A stretch of 64,000 nucleotides of DNA from Vairimorpha necatrix (lineage: Eukaryota). The stretch is taken from positions 124,001 through 188,000 of the forward strand of contig CP142730.1 in NCBI GenBank assembly GCA_036630325.1, written 5' to 3'. Position 1 is the first letter of the stretch, and each line of letters starts with the position of its first letter. Below the pieces are notes generated by a model. It worked only from the letters and a program-made list of their open reading frames with translations. It was not told the DNA's origin and did not search any database. Below are positions 44,913 to 58,325 of this stretch, piece after piece. The position numbers were made by a program, and so were the translations under genes.

Positions 44913-46997
44913 CTAGCGTATGCTTTCCCGTTTTGAAAACGGGATTTGAATGTTTAGTTTTTTAATATGTCTTTCATCCTTAAATTTTGTAAAGTTTCCA
45001 TTTTGGATGATTGAATTTGACAGAGTTTGGACGTCATCTTCAAAAATACTTTTTAGTAACATAAAAGAAAAATGTTGTTTTAAAACATTTAATAATCTCA
45101 ATGAGATAATTTTGGGAAGTTCTTAAGCTCAGTTTTTGATACTTACATTCAATTTCTTCTTTTGTCAATTGTTTTTAAAGTTTTTCTAGAAGGGTTAAAT
45201 AAATTCTAAAAAACGATTCTGACAATATTTTGGAACTGAGTTTAACAAAAATAATAATTAGAATAAAAATGCATTAACACATAATATACACACTTACAAT
45301 AATCACATCGAAACATTAGATGTAAATTTGATATTTTTAATACACAATAAGTCTAAAATTTGTAGTGTAGATTTTTTAAAACCACAAAAAAGAGGGGTAA
45401 AAAATTAAATAAAATTCTTTTATATATATGATGACTAGCGTATGCTTTCCCGTTTTGAAAACGGGAATTATATGTTTAGTTTTTTAGGATGTATTTCCTC
45501 CTTTAATTTTGTTAAGTTTCCATTTTGGGTTGATTGAATTTGAAAAAGAGAAAACAGAATTTGAAAAATACTTTTTAGTAACATATAAGGAGTAAAGTTG
45601 AATTTAAAACACTTATGAGTCTCATTGAAATAATTTTGGAAACTTCTAAGCTCAATTTTTGACACTTACATTCAATTTCTTCTTTTGTCAATTATTTTTG
45701 CAATTTTTCCTGGAAGGGTTAAATAAATTCTAAAAAACGATTCTGACGATATTTTGGAACTGAGTTTTACAAAAATAATAATTAAAACAAAAAAGTATCA
45801 ACTTATAACATACACACTTACGATAGTCAAAATCATTCATTAAGTTTATATTTGATATTATAATATCTTAATAAGACCAAAAGTAATAGTTTAGAAATTT
45901 CAAAATCACAAAAAAGAGGGGTAAAAAATTAAATAAAATTCTTTTATATATATGACTAGCGTATGCTTTCCCGTTTTGAAAACGGCATCGAAATGTTTAG
46001 TTTTATAATATGTATTTCCCCTTTTAATTTTTTTAAGTTTCCATTTTGGGATGATTGAATTTGACAGGATGAAGACATCTTTTTCGAAAATACTTTTAAG
46101 TAACATATAAGGAGTAAAGTTTTTAAAAACACTTATGAGTCATATTGAAATAATTTTGGGGACTTCTAAGCTCAATTTTTGACACTTATATTCAAAATCT
46201 TTATTTGGCAATTATTTTTAAAATTTTTCTAGAAGGGTTAAATAAATTCTAAAAAACGATTCTGACGATATTTTAGAACTGAGTTTTACATAAAAAGAAT
46301 AATATGAATTAAAATGCATTAATATATAATATACGCACTCACAATTATCAAATTAAAACGTTAAAATTAAATTTGATATTATATTAACGTAAAAGGCTCA
46401 AAATGTACCGTTTAGAAATTTCAAAACCAAAAAAAAAAAGGGTTAAAAATTAAATAAAATTCTTTTATATATATGATGACTAGCGTATGCTTTCCCGTTT
46501 TGAAAACGGGATAAATGTGTTTGTTTTATAATATGTCCCGTCTCGGTAAATTTTGTAAAAATTCCATTTTTGGCTGATTAAATTTGACAGAGTTTAGACA
46601 TGATTTTTAAAAATACTTTTTAGTGACATATAAGGAGTAATGTTGTTGTAAAACACTTAAAAATCATAATTAGATAATTTTGAATACTTCTAAGCTCAAT
46701 TTTTGACACCTACATGTAAGATCTTCATTGGTTATATGTTTTTGCAATTTTTCTAGAAGGGTTAAATAAATTCTAAAAAACGATTCTGACGATATTTTGG
46801 AACTGAGTTATACAAAAATAATAATATGAATTAAAATGCATTAATATATATTATACGCACTTACAATTATCAAATTTAAGCACTGAGTTTAAATTTGATA
46901 TTACAATGACACAATAAGCTATAATAAGAAGTTTAGAATTTTTAAAACCACAAAAAAGAGGGGTAAAAAATTAAATAAAATTCTTTTATATATATGA
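44913..46997 (-). mobile_element. Helitron-like array: 4 units
   Basis: CTAG junctions at 44913, 45435, 45956 and 46480; same termini, hairpin and core block. Confidence 0.88.
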
Positions 46998-47372
46998 ATG
47001 ATTTTCATAAGACTATTATTTTTTTTGAAGAAATAAATATTATATAATGTTTTTCAGTTCTTATACATTTAATAATATTTTTGGAACAAAAATCTTCCAT
47101 TGTAAAAAGTCAAATAGTTTTGGTGCAATGAGTCGGCATTGTTTTATGATGTTATGTGATGTTTTTGTATTGAACAATTATAGGCAAACTAAATTTAATC
47201 TATAAGTTACTGCATGCAGATTCACATTTTTTATAAATAAAAAACAGAAATTTTTTTTAGTGCAAAATGTCCTACATTCATCTGATAAAATTAGAGCGGA
47301 AATTTGACCAAAATTAATATTTTTACTTTTCATAATGGTTCAGATTTTGTAATTACAAAAAATGTTATCGAA

Positions 47373-49917
47373 TGTATTTATTCTCCATAATGGGGTTCAA
47401 AAATATAAGAATATATAACATCCCCCCTCCAAGACGGTTAGTCTCCTACGTCATCATCAACCCTAAGCAGATCTTTTAAGTCATAGTGCCTCTTCTTAAC
47501 TAATCGTCCATTCATTAATTTTACTACATAAGAATCCTCTGGACACACAATCCTAATCGTCCTAATATCCAAAAACCTACCTTTTTCATACTTATTAGAC
47601 CCTTTAAATTTTCACTCTTCGCAACTCGCATTCTCGACCCCTCGACGAACTTGTCTCTATATCTCTTTTTAAATCGACTACTATAATCTCCTTCTGGTCC
47701 ATTTCTTAGCATTACATTGCCCGTATTATCTTTAACTGCCTCAAATGGTGTGCATCTTAGACCTTCAAGGTAACTATTATTATAAATCTCAAAGGCCTTC
47801 ATAACTCTTTCTTCAAAGCTATTTTTGGGATTCATTTTCAAAACAGATTCTCTCAACGTTACAATAACTCTTTCAACTCTCCCATTGCTTTTATGTGATT
47901 CAATACTGGTCTTTCTGTGAGTTATATCCAACTTTCTGCATAACTCATGAAATTCCTCATTTGCAAATTCTCTTCCATTGTCCGATATGATTTCTTCTGG
48001 TCTTTTACCATTTCTACTCAAATTTTCTATAAATCCAGTTATCGAGCTAGCACGCTTATCTTTCAACACGCAACCCCATGCGACTCTCGTATAGTAATCA
48101 ATGACGACCAAAACAAATTTACCCAAATCTCTATAATCAATTAAATCTATTGCCACCTTTTCTGGGTATCTACTTGTCGCAATAAAATCACATCCTCCTG
48201 ATTTTTTCCTATTGTATTTTTGGCATTTTTCACATTTTTTTATCATCATCTTTATATCTTCCTTAATTCCTGGCCAATAATAGTCAAACTTCATAGCATA
48301 ATAGACACTTCCTAGTCCTCTGTGGGCCTGTTCTTCGTGGTACCTCTTCATTAACTCTAACCTATCACCTACTGCAGGTATTTTCGCTCTACGACCAGAA
48401 TCAAAATTCCAGTACTCCTTTTCTCCGACTTTCTCAACATGCTTTAACCATTTTCCCGCTATCTGTTTCTCTGTTCTTTGTCTAATCATTTCTCTCTTCG
48501 GTTCATTTACCTGATGAATTCTGCTCAATGCATCAGCAACAACCATCTGATCGGGTTGCCTGTACTCGATTTCAAAATCAAACTCTTAAATCATCTCTAT
48601 CCACCTGTTAATCCTATTATTATTAAAACATGGCTTTCTTCTTATTTCTGCTAAAGCCTTATGATCAGTATCAACCTTAAACTTTCTTCCTCTCAATTCA
48701 TACTCAAACTTCTTTATGCCCCAATATACGGCATACATCTCTTTCTCGCCAATTCCGTATCTAGTTTCAGTCGGAGTAAATTTCTTTGATGCCCATTGTA
48801 CCGGCACCCATTCCTCTTTTTTTTATTTTTCTGCAAAAGTACAGCTCCCATACCAATTTTACTCGCATCCGTTCTTAATAAAAATTCTTTCTCGTAATTA
48901 ACAATCCTCAATTTTCCTAAATTCTTAAGCACTTTTTTCATATTCTCAAATTCAATATCCAAATCCTCAGTCCAATTCCAACTTTTGTTTTTCCCTCTTA
49001 AGCAATCTGTCATGTGCATCGTTTTCTCTGCGTAGTTCTTTATAAATCCTCTGAACCAACCACTTAATCCTAAAAATCTTCTTACGTCGGTTACATTTTG
49101 CAACTTCGGAAATTCTAATGCTTCATTCTTTTTTATCTCGGATGGCATCATATCCTGCCCATTCAATGTTACTCCTAATAATTTAACTTCAGATTGACGA
49201 TAATGTATCTTTTTTGAATTTAATCTCATGTTATTCTCTTCTAACAGTCTCATTGCCTCTAAAAACAATTTGTCGTGTCATAACTTCTCTTATTAATGTC
49301 TTTAACAATTCCAGTTCGTTTCCATAGTGAACCTGGCCCAACTTCTATCTGTTTCTTTTGCCTTTTACCGGCCCACGTATTCCTGTAATATTTTCCGTCG
49401 CTGCTGCTACTGTCCTCTTGATATATCTTCTCACATTCTTGTCTATTTCTCTCCTCTCTGTATCTATTATAAAATATATTACTTTTATGTCCTAACCTTT
49501 CACAATAAAAACATCTCATTGTCCTCAAATACCGTTTCTTACGCTCTATCTCCTCTGTATATATTTCTTTTGTCAATTTCTTTGTGACCTCTTCAATCAT
49601 TCTAAATCTCTCTTCTCCATCTTCATAATCTTTTACAATCTCTTTTAGTCGTATTCCTATCATGTCATGATGATTCTCTAAACTTATATTCATAACCATA
49701 AAATTTTTTAGCTCCAAACTTTCCTTTTCAAAAATAATTTTCTTCAAATCTTCATTGCTCTACACTCAATAACTTTGATCTCATACATAATAATCTTATA
49801 TTCTTGCAGTAGTTTTCTGGCCTCTTGACCACAGCCAACACTTGTTAACTCACGATTTGTATCCCACCATTTATTTATTCTCCATAATGGGGTTCATAAA
49901 TATAAGAATATATAACA
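47373..49917 (-). mobile_element. Ty3/Gypsy element with 48-bp LTRs, internally deleted (protease and RT N-half missing)
   Basis: LTRs 47373-47420 and 49870-49917 (2 mismatches), TSD TCGAA, PBS-like TGGTGGGAT, PPT GGAGGGGGGA. gag knuckle CFYCERLGH, RT C-half/RNase H (RTDAS, EKEMYAV), integrase 47524-48546 (H..H, CEKC, D,D35E). Confidence 0.92.
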
Positions 49918-50796
49918 TCGAATATCTTCCACCAATACACTAACATATAACATCAAGTGATACCTAAAGGTCTAAAACTTTTAAACCGGAAATATGAGAT
50001 CGTCGTAAATCAATTTATTCAAAAATCTGTCTCTAAAACAGTACAGTTTTACATAAAAATTATAGATTGGCTTTGTTTCGCATTAACATTACAAAAAATT
50101 AATCGTATTATATCACTAAGTTGAATCCAATCGTCACAAACAATCCAAAAAATACATAGAAATATTAGTGAAATAATAACACAAAACAATGCAGGCATTG
50201 ATAATTTTAACAGAAAAGGTAAAATATCAAATCTATTGGTCTTTGATATTTTTCTTTCAAGCATTTAGTACAGATTAAACAAAAATTAAAGTTATTTTTA
50301 ATTAGTAATTTATTATTTTATATGATGATATATGGTCAATAATACAGCGTTTTTGAAAGTATGTGAATGCACAGTTCACAATACAATTATGTGTATTTTT
50401 TTCGGCTGTTAATGACAAATTTTATCAAATTTAGGAAACGACTTTAAATATCAATTTCCAACATAACATCAGTAAAACCTCATTCTTGTTTTATATTTTT
50501 AACCTTTTTCCATATTCGCATGATGAAATTTGAATTCCTAAACGTCGCACCTACTTAATTGCTGACTTGTAACAGGATAAATTGATACAATTGCTTAAAC
50601 TAATTATGCGTTTATGATGTTAACACCAAAAATTTCATTTGACCATTATATTATGTATTTCTTAAAGGTTTGTGTTAGTATTATTTTTTATATGTATATA
50701 TATGTCAAAGGCCAAAAAATATGTTCTTAACTTTGTTCTCGTTTAGAATATGAATAATGTCCTGATAATAGTGTTCGTCCCGAAAACCAGGTACCG

Positions 50797-50821
50797 ATAT
50801 ATATATATATATATATATATA
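50797..50821. repeat. (AT)n microsatellite
   Basis: ~12 AT units. Confidence 0.9.
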
Positions 50822-51675
50822 GATTAATAACTACCCGGATTAGGACATATTTTAAAAATTTGAACTCAAATCTCTTATTAAATATTATGACATTCCCCAA
50901 GGGCGATTATAATATCGAAACCACATAGTAATGGGCGCGGATATAGTTTTTTTGAAACGAATAATTTAGTTTAAGAAAATATATCAAAATTAAAATCTTA
51001 CTTATTAATTTACATCCTGATTATATAAGAAAATTTATGAAGAAATATATCAAAAGATTTAACATCTATTTAGAGCACTAACTGAAATAAATAGGACAAA
51101 TTTGTGAATTTAAAAAAAATTTACCTTTATAAAACATCATAAAGTTAATTTGGGGCTGTATTGTGTACTGCCTAAGAATAGAAGGCATCAATTTCGACAA
51201 GAACAATGACCATGATGCCTCATAAATTGAAATCTATTCAACTTAGTTGATTTTTTTTAAATCGGAATAAACTCCAATTAAAAAATGAAATAACAATGTT
51301 CTATTGACTTAAAACCAAGAACTAATCACATAAGATACTATGTACCTTTTTTGATATTTCTAACTCTTCTTGGATCGTATATAAATTTAAATGTAATATA
51401 AATCGAATGTATCTGTATTTTTTGACAAATCATCTTTAATAGACATTAATATTTATTGTATATTTTATTCTACTAATATTGGTATTCCGGTTGTAAAGTA
51501 ATTTTGGACTTTATCTTATTCTTCAACAAGCCTATAAGATATTTTTGTTAGAACATATAGTACTTTTGTTATATATTAGAGAAACTGTTTTTCTAGACGC
51601 GTTCATTAAAAATGATTTAAATAAAATATAATTTTGTTTATAATTGGAAAAACCTATTCAAAAAGAAACTATAAT

Positions 51676-54600
51676 TGTCGTATCCTTCTATAAATATTAT
51701 ATATTTTCACCCCCATGCAATTCGTAAATAAAGGAGCATTCGACATGGCGACAGCGATAAAAACTGTTGGCTGCTTCAGTGATAAGAAGGAAGAGGATAT
51801 ACATACATGGTTGCGTGACACAACGTTCACGGCGAGGGTTTTTGGACTGACAGAAGATCAGACCGCCAGACTTATCTGCCTGGGTCTACGGGGGCCAGCC
51901 CTCTCATGGATAGCAATGGCATTTGAACGGGTGTCCGAACTTGATCTGGCAGAGGTTACTAAGAGTCTAAAATCGAGATTTTACAGTTCACAGAAAACTC
52001 TGGCCACTCTAGACGGGGTTTTAAACCGCAACAATTTGGCAACCTAGAGGCTTTCATAGACTTCTGCAGGAAAGGAAACGCCCTTATAGAGCAACAAACA
52101 ATGGAGTACAAAGCAGTCAGCCCCATAGTAATCAAGAAGTCTCCTTCAGTCCTCAAATCAATTCTTTATGATTTTGCTAGACAATGCCAAGATTGGAGTG
52201 AATTCCTGAGGCGCACAGAGGAAGTTTCTTGGATAGCATTCCCTATGAAAAGTAACACGACTAATACGGACGAGACACTAGATAACAGGACTTTGAAGGT
52301 CGCACCATCGAAGAAAGGAAATATGCCATACACCATAGAAAACTACAAGATAAACAGCTGTTTCACTAACCCTTGCTACATAAACGTAGAATTCAATCGT
52401 AAACGACATCGAGCATTATTTGATACCGGAGCTGATGTCTCCCTGATACCCACAAGAGTCCTCGAAGGGACAAATATCAGATTTACCAGATCTTCAACGA
52501 TCATACGAGCAGCATCAGGGACACCATTGGAGTTTACAGGAAGATGTCTAAATATCAATTTTAGGACGGAAAACACTTCAATTACTTTCAGCCCTTACGT
52601 CACAGAATGGACACCGGACTACATAATCTTAGGAGTTGACGCTATACGAACGAACCCCATATTACTGGAACAACTGATCAGAAAATTCGCCAATACAGTC
52701 AAGAAAGGCTCACTGATTAACAAAGTCAATTACATCTCAATCGAAGAGAAATACCATGACATGTTCAAAACTGAAATTTCAGAGCTTACACTTTGCAACA
52801 TGGGGAAACATCAAATCGAGACAACAGTAGCGAATGCAATTTACCAGAAAAACGGAAAGATTCCTCTGCACTTCGAAGAGTAAATCACACAACAGATCAA
52901 GAAAAACTTGCAGTTGGGCGTAATAAGAAATAGTAGAAGCCCCTGGAACAGTAGAGTTGCTCCGGTAACGAAACCTGATGGGTCGATCAGGCTCTGTATA
53001 GATTACAGAGAGCTCAACAAGATAACAGTCAAAGATAAATGCCCCCTCCCACGAATTGATATAATTCTCGACGATCTAGCTGACGCTACTATCTTTTCGA
53101 CATTAGATGCTACGTCGGGATATTATCAGATAGCCCTTGAAGAAGTAGACAAGGAGAAGACAGCATTCAGCTAGAGAGGAAGACATTATGAATTTAACAG
53201 GATGCCGTTTGGGCTATGTATCGCTCCTGCTACTTTTCAGAGAACTATGGATAAGATCTTTGTGAAAGAAAACAGAAAATTTGTCATACCATACCTGGAT
53301 GACATTATTATCTATTCTAAAAATCACCAGGAACACCGTGAACACTTGGAAATCGTATTGGGTAAGCTTAAGGCAGCAGGAATCGCACTTAACAGGAAGA
53401 AGTGTCACTTCTTCAAAGAAGAAATTAAAATTCTAGGAAATATAGTCACAAACAAGACGATCAAACCGGACACAGAGAAGGTCAAAGCCATAAACGAGTA
53501 TAATGAGCCGTAAATATTGCTCAAAAACGGTCGTTTCATGGGCTCATAAATTACTGTAGAAGTTCAACCGTAACTTATCAGCGATAGCAGCCTCTCTCTA
53601 CGAACTGTTTTAAGGAGAGTCAAAGCGAAGTGTTAAGAGTATTTCTCTCAGCAAAAAGGAGAAACGGGCATTCGAAGATCTAAAGAGACTTCTCACAGAA
53701 GAGACAATAAGATACAATATTAATCTCAGGAAACCGTTTATACTGACTACGGATGCGTCAGAGCAGGGAATAGGCGCGATCCTTCACAGATTGGAGATGA
53801 TGGAAGGAGCACTTCGTAAGTGCATTCAGCAAAAGTTTGAAGAAAGCCCATAAGAACTACTCTACAACAGACAAAGAACTTTGGGCCGTTGTAAAAGGCA
53901 TCGAGAACTATAGACACTACCTCCTGGGTAGAGAGTTCATACTGAAGACAGACCACAAAGCGCTGACTTATCTATGGGAAGCTAAGAACCCTACCAGTAG
54001 ATTGCTGAGGTGGGCAATGAAGTTGCAGGAGTATGCATTTCAATCAACCTACATAAAAGGAGAGGTTAATGGAGCAGACGGGTTAAGCAGACAAACCCCG
54101 ACAGAGAAAGATATAAATATCATCGAAGCTACAGGACCAAGCGATGAAGACAGACAGAAGATCTTAGAATCCTACCATCTATACGTTGGACATGCTAGCG
54201 CTAGTACGATGAGCTTCATGATTTCTCAGAGGTACAAATGGGCAGGAATGCATAAGGACATCAAGGAACGCGTAGAAAAGTGTAAAACGTGGTTGAAATC
54301 GGGATACCCATTACGAAACACAAAAAACAAAGTTATACGATCAGAAAGGCCGAACAAAATATGGGTGATAGATCTCATAGGACGCATATGCGACACTTCG
54401 GGTCAAAACAGCTTCATATTCATTGCTATTGACCACTACTCTAAATGGGTCGAGACAGCTGTTATTAACTATAAAACAGGGCCGACAATAATGGGATTAA
54501 TCCAGCAATTGATTATCGAGAAACACGGCATTCCAGAAAGAATCTTGACTGACAACGGGCCTGAATTTATAAATTCTGACATCAAAGACCTGGCCGAAAA

Positions 54601-55214
54601 GAACGGTATTGACTGGCAATACAGTTCACCAGAACATCACGAAACTGTAGGCGCAGTAGAAAAAGCGAATCAGACGTTAATGAAGATACTAAATAAAATT
54701 ACAGATTTCGGAAGGGCAAGCTGGAAGAACAAGCTTCCAGAAGCCACAAGATGCCTCAACCTGTTTATAATCGGAGCATAAACAACATCGCTTTCATGTT
54801 AAGGAAGAATAAATTGCCGATGCTGTCTGTAGACAAAGCGCTAGACAAGGAAGAAGTGACATTCGCAGCGGAGGAAACGAAGAGTAAGCGCGATGAAAAC
54901 TTCGAAAAGTACAAAAAAGCAATCGTGAAAGGGAAAGTAGAGGTGGCGAAAAAGCTAAACGTAAGCGATAAAGTTTTAATATATCGTGAGACCAAAAGCC
55001 AGAAGTTCAAGTGCAATTGGGAAGATGGATACGTGATCACAGAAATAATTTTACCCGATGCCTATGTGGTAAAAAAAGAATGGAAAAGTATACAGGCTTA
55101 ACAAAACACGAGTTAAAGCAGATACTTCAATTTAGGGGGAGAGGTGTCGTATCCTTATATAAATATTATATATTTTTACCCCCATGCAATTCGTAAATAA
55201 AGGAGCATTCGACA
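51676..55214 (+). mobile_element. Compact Ty3/Gypsy element with 70-bp LTRs, all pol domains present but disrupted
   Basis: LTRs 51676-51745 and 55145-55214 (2 mismatches), TSD ATAAT, PBS-like TGGCGACAG, PPT AGGGGGAGAGG. gag, FDTGA protease, RLCIDYR / MPFGL / YLDD RT, TTDAS RNase H, integrase (IDL, TDNG, E). Several stops and frameshifts. Confidence 0.95.
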
Positions 55215-55383
55215 ATAATAATTAAAGATTATATAAGTACGAAAAATTGTGTTTTTTTGAAATAAAAGAAACATCTAGATTGAAACCGCGCAATTAAAAC
55301 TTAAAAGCTATGACAATTTAAGGAATATGATAGTTTAATTTAAACCTTCTTTTCACTCTGTATTGTAATACCCCTGATGGTAT

Positions 55384-58325
55384 TGTGACACTGGCTGCCA
55401 CCTTGGCTGCTCGTTGTGTCTATATATGAGTTTTTAGTAAACTGTTTATTGGTTTTATAATCTCTCATGACTCGGTGAAGGGCTAGAAATTCATCCTTTT
55501 ATGTTTTATTTTTAATAAACGTCAAGCATATCATTTATTGGAGGGGAAGCTGGTCTCTTGTACAGCTTTCCATATTCTGGCCATATTCACCAGAATAAAC
55601 ATTTTCTTATTCGTCATTTGTTTGTTGACGGAGACGTATTTGTTTACGTCCATGACTCGGCCGTAATTGAGATATGACTGCCGATGGATTCAAATAATAG
55701 AGTCTCACTGGGCTTGTAATAGGTACAGGAAGGATGTCGTGTGACACACTCCCCTCCTTTCGAAAGATCCACTCTGCTGGATCTGATTCTATAATCTACA
55801 TGATATCCTTCCTATTCACTTTATATTCTTTCTCATCTAGTGAATATTTCTTGTACAATCCACCTCCTCCCAATATTTTATCAGGTCTAACATTTTCTTC
55901 GCGTTTAATATTTAATTTCCTTATTTTTTTAATTACTGATTTTTTTCTTTTTCCTTAAATGCTTTCGTACAACGGAACCATTTTGGCCGCATAATTTTTT
56001 ATAAATCGGTTGGAAAAGGATGTAAATCCCATCCATGCTCTAACGTCTTTCTTTGTTTTCAGCTCTGCAAATTCTAAAGCTTTGGTTTTCTGTTTCATGG
56101 GTATTATCATTTCGCCCTTCGTTATCTCGTAGCCTAAAAATTCTACTTTGGTTTTGAAGATATTGCATTTTTTTATGTTTAAGATTGAAACCAATGTCTT
56201 TTATAATCCGTAATGCCTTGTCTAGATGTAAAAGGTGTTCTTCTTTGATTTTTGAATAGATTAAAACGTCGTCAAGATAGATTACTACAAATTTGTGTGG
56301 TATTTCTTTGAATAGCCTATTCATAATTTTCTGGAAAGTAAATGGTGCGTTTATTAATCCATACGGCATTCGTTTTCATTGAAAGATGCCTTCTCTTGTG
56401 TAAAAGGCCGATTTCTCTTTATCACCATTTCTTAGATATACTTGGTGATAACCACTCTTCATGTCTAACGTGGTGTAGTACTGTGCTCTAGATAGTGTAT
56501 CTAGGGTTTAATCGATTCTTAGGATTGGATAATCCATTTTTACCTGTTAATTTATTTAATTTGCGGTAATCAATGCAAAACCTTGGCCTTTTCCCTTCTT
56601 TCTTTACTATTACTACTGGTGAAATGAAATTGCTATTACTTTCTTCAATAAGCCCACACTCTAAAAATTTATTTCTTCCTTTTTTATGAACTCATGTTCT
56701 TTCGGTGATCTTTTGTATTTCACACATGTTATTTTATCTGGCCAGTGAATAAGTTCAATTGCATGTTGTAAATATAATGTATTCTTTGTTTACTTTCTAG
56801 AAATATGGATTTGTATTTGTTTACCATGTGTCGTAACTCATCGATATGTTCTTTAATAACAGTTTTATCTAAATTCAAATCTTCTATATTAACTTCTGGT
56901 GTTTTTTCTTGTTGTTCATCTACTAGTTTTGAAACTAAGACTATCCTTTATTTGTCTAAGTTATTATTTTTCAATCCTGTTCTGATTATATATTTTGAAA
57001 GGCCAGATTCATTTATTTCGTTGAATCCAAGGATCATTTCCTCCTCGACGTTTTCTAGCACTTGACATTTTATAGATTTTATGTCTTCTTTTTTTTGATG
57101 TATAGGGTCGTTTGTCCATATATTTTCATTTCCCCACTTATTCCCTTGATTGTAGAGTTGGCTGAAATTATCCTTAGTTTTAATTTCTCAGCTATATCCT
57201 TTCTGATTATGGAGTCGGTCGCTCCTGTATTTAAAAGTGTGTTTATATTTATGGATCCGCTTTCCAACCTTATTCTTGGTCTAATATCTTCAATATGCTT
57301 TATAGAGGTCGCTATCTTTATTACTCTATCCTCCTTATTTTTGTTATTTTTTTCCGAGTTTGTGGATTCTCGTCTGTTATTATTAAAGTTAATTCCGTTG
57401 ATTTTGTTTTTTATTTGTAGGTTTATCTTCTGTTCGTATCTCTTGCAGAGCAGCAATAAATCATTCCAGGATTCCCAATCTTCAAGTTTTTCTAAAAAGA
57501 TAGTTGTCATTCTGGACGTATTCCTTAATCTTCCTCCTTGCGTAAATTAGTTTCTTTTCCTTTTGTTCTGAACGTTTCATTAGCTCGTATACGTAAGTTA
57601 TGATGTCCTGAAATTTTGGGCCTTTGAATATTAGTTCAAAAAACATATTTTCATTATCTTCGGGTTCCGATACCGGCAGATATTCCTCCTCAAACTCTTT
57701 TATGAAGCTTTCATAATCGTGTATTTCGTGACCTTCCTTTGCCTCGAACCATGCGAGGGCTTTAAATTCTAGTTTTGTTTTTATAATTTTATAGATTTGT
57801 TCCGGTGTTTTCTCACCTTCTAACTCTGTAAATTGCTGGATAAAATCTCTTGGGTTTTCTCCTCTAGTTCCCTTAAATTTGCAGTATTTTTCAGTTGTAA
57901 GCATTCCTGCTAGTTTTTTGATAATATTCTCTAAATTATCTTTGGCATTCGCATTGTCGCCATTGTGACACTGGCTGCCTCCCTGGCTGCTCGGTGTGTC
58001 TATATATGAGTTTTTAGTAAACTATTTATTGGTTTTATAATCTCTCATGACTCGGTGAAGGGCTAGAAATTCATCCTTTTATGTTTTATTTATAATAAAC
58101 GTCAAGCATATCATTTATTGGAGGGGAAGCTGGTCTCTTGTACAGCTTTCCATATTCTGGCCATATTCAATAGAATAGACATTTTCTTATTCGTCATTTG
58201 TTTGTTGACGGAGACGTATTTGTTTACGCCCATGACCCGGCTGTAATTGAGATATGACAGCCCGGGGTTCAAATATTAGAGTCTCACTGGGCTTGTAATA
58301 AGTACAGGAAGGATGTCGTGTGACA
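55384..58325 (-). mobile_element. Ty3/Gypsy element with ~363-bp LTRs, deleted after RT
   Basis: LTRs 55384-55746 and 57964-58325, TSD GGTAT, PBS-like TGGCGACAA, PPT GGAGGGGAGTG. gag 57482-57904, protease LNTGA (D>N), RT MPYGL / YLDD; no RNase H or integrase core. Confidence 0.93.
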
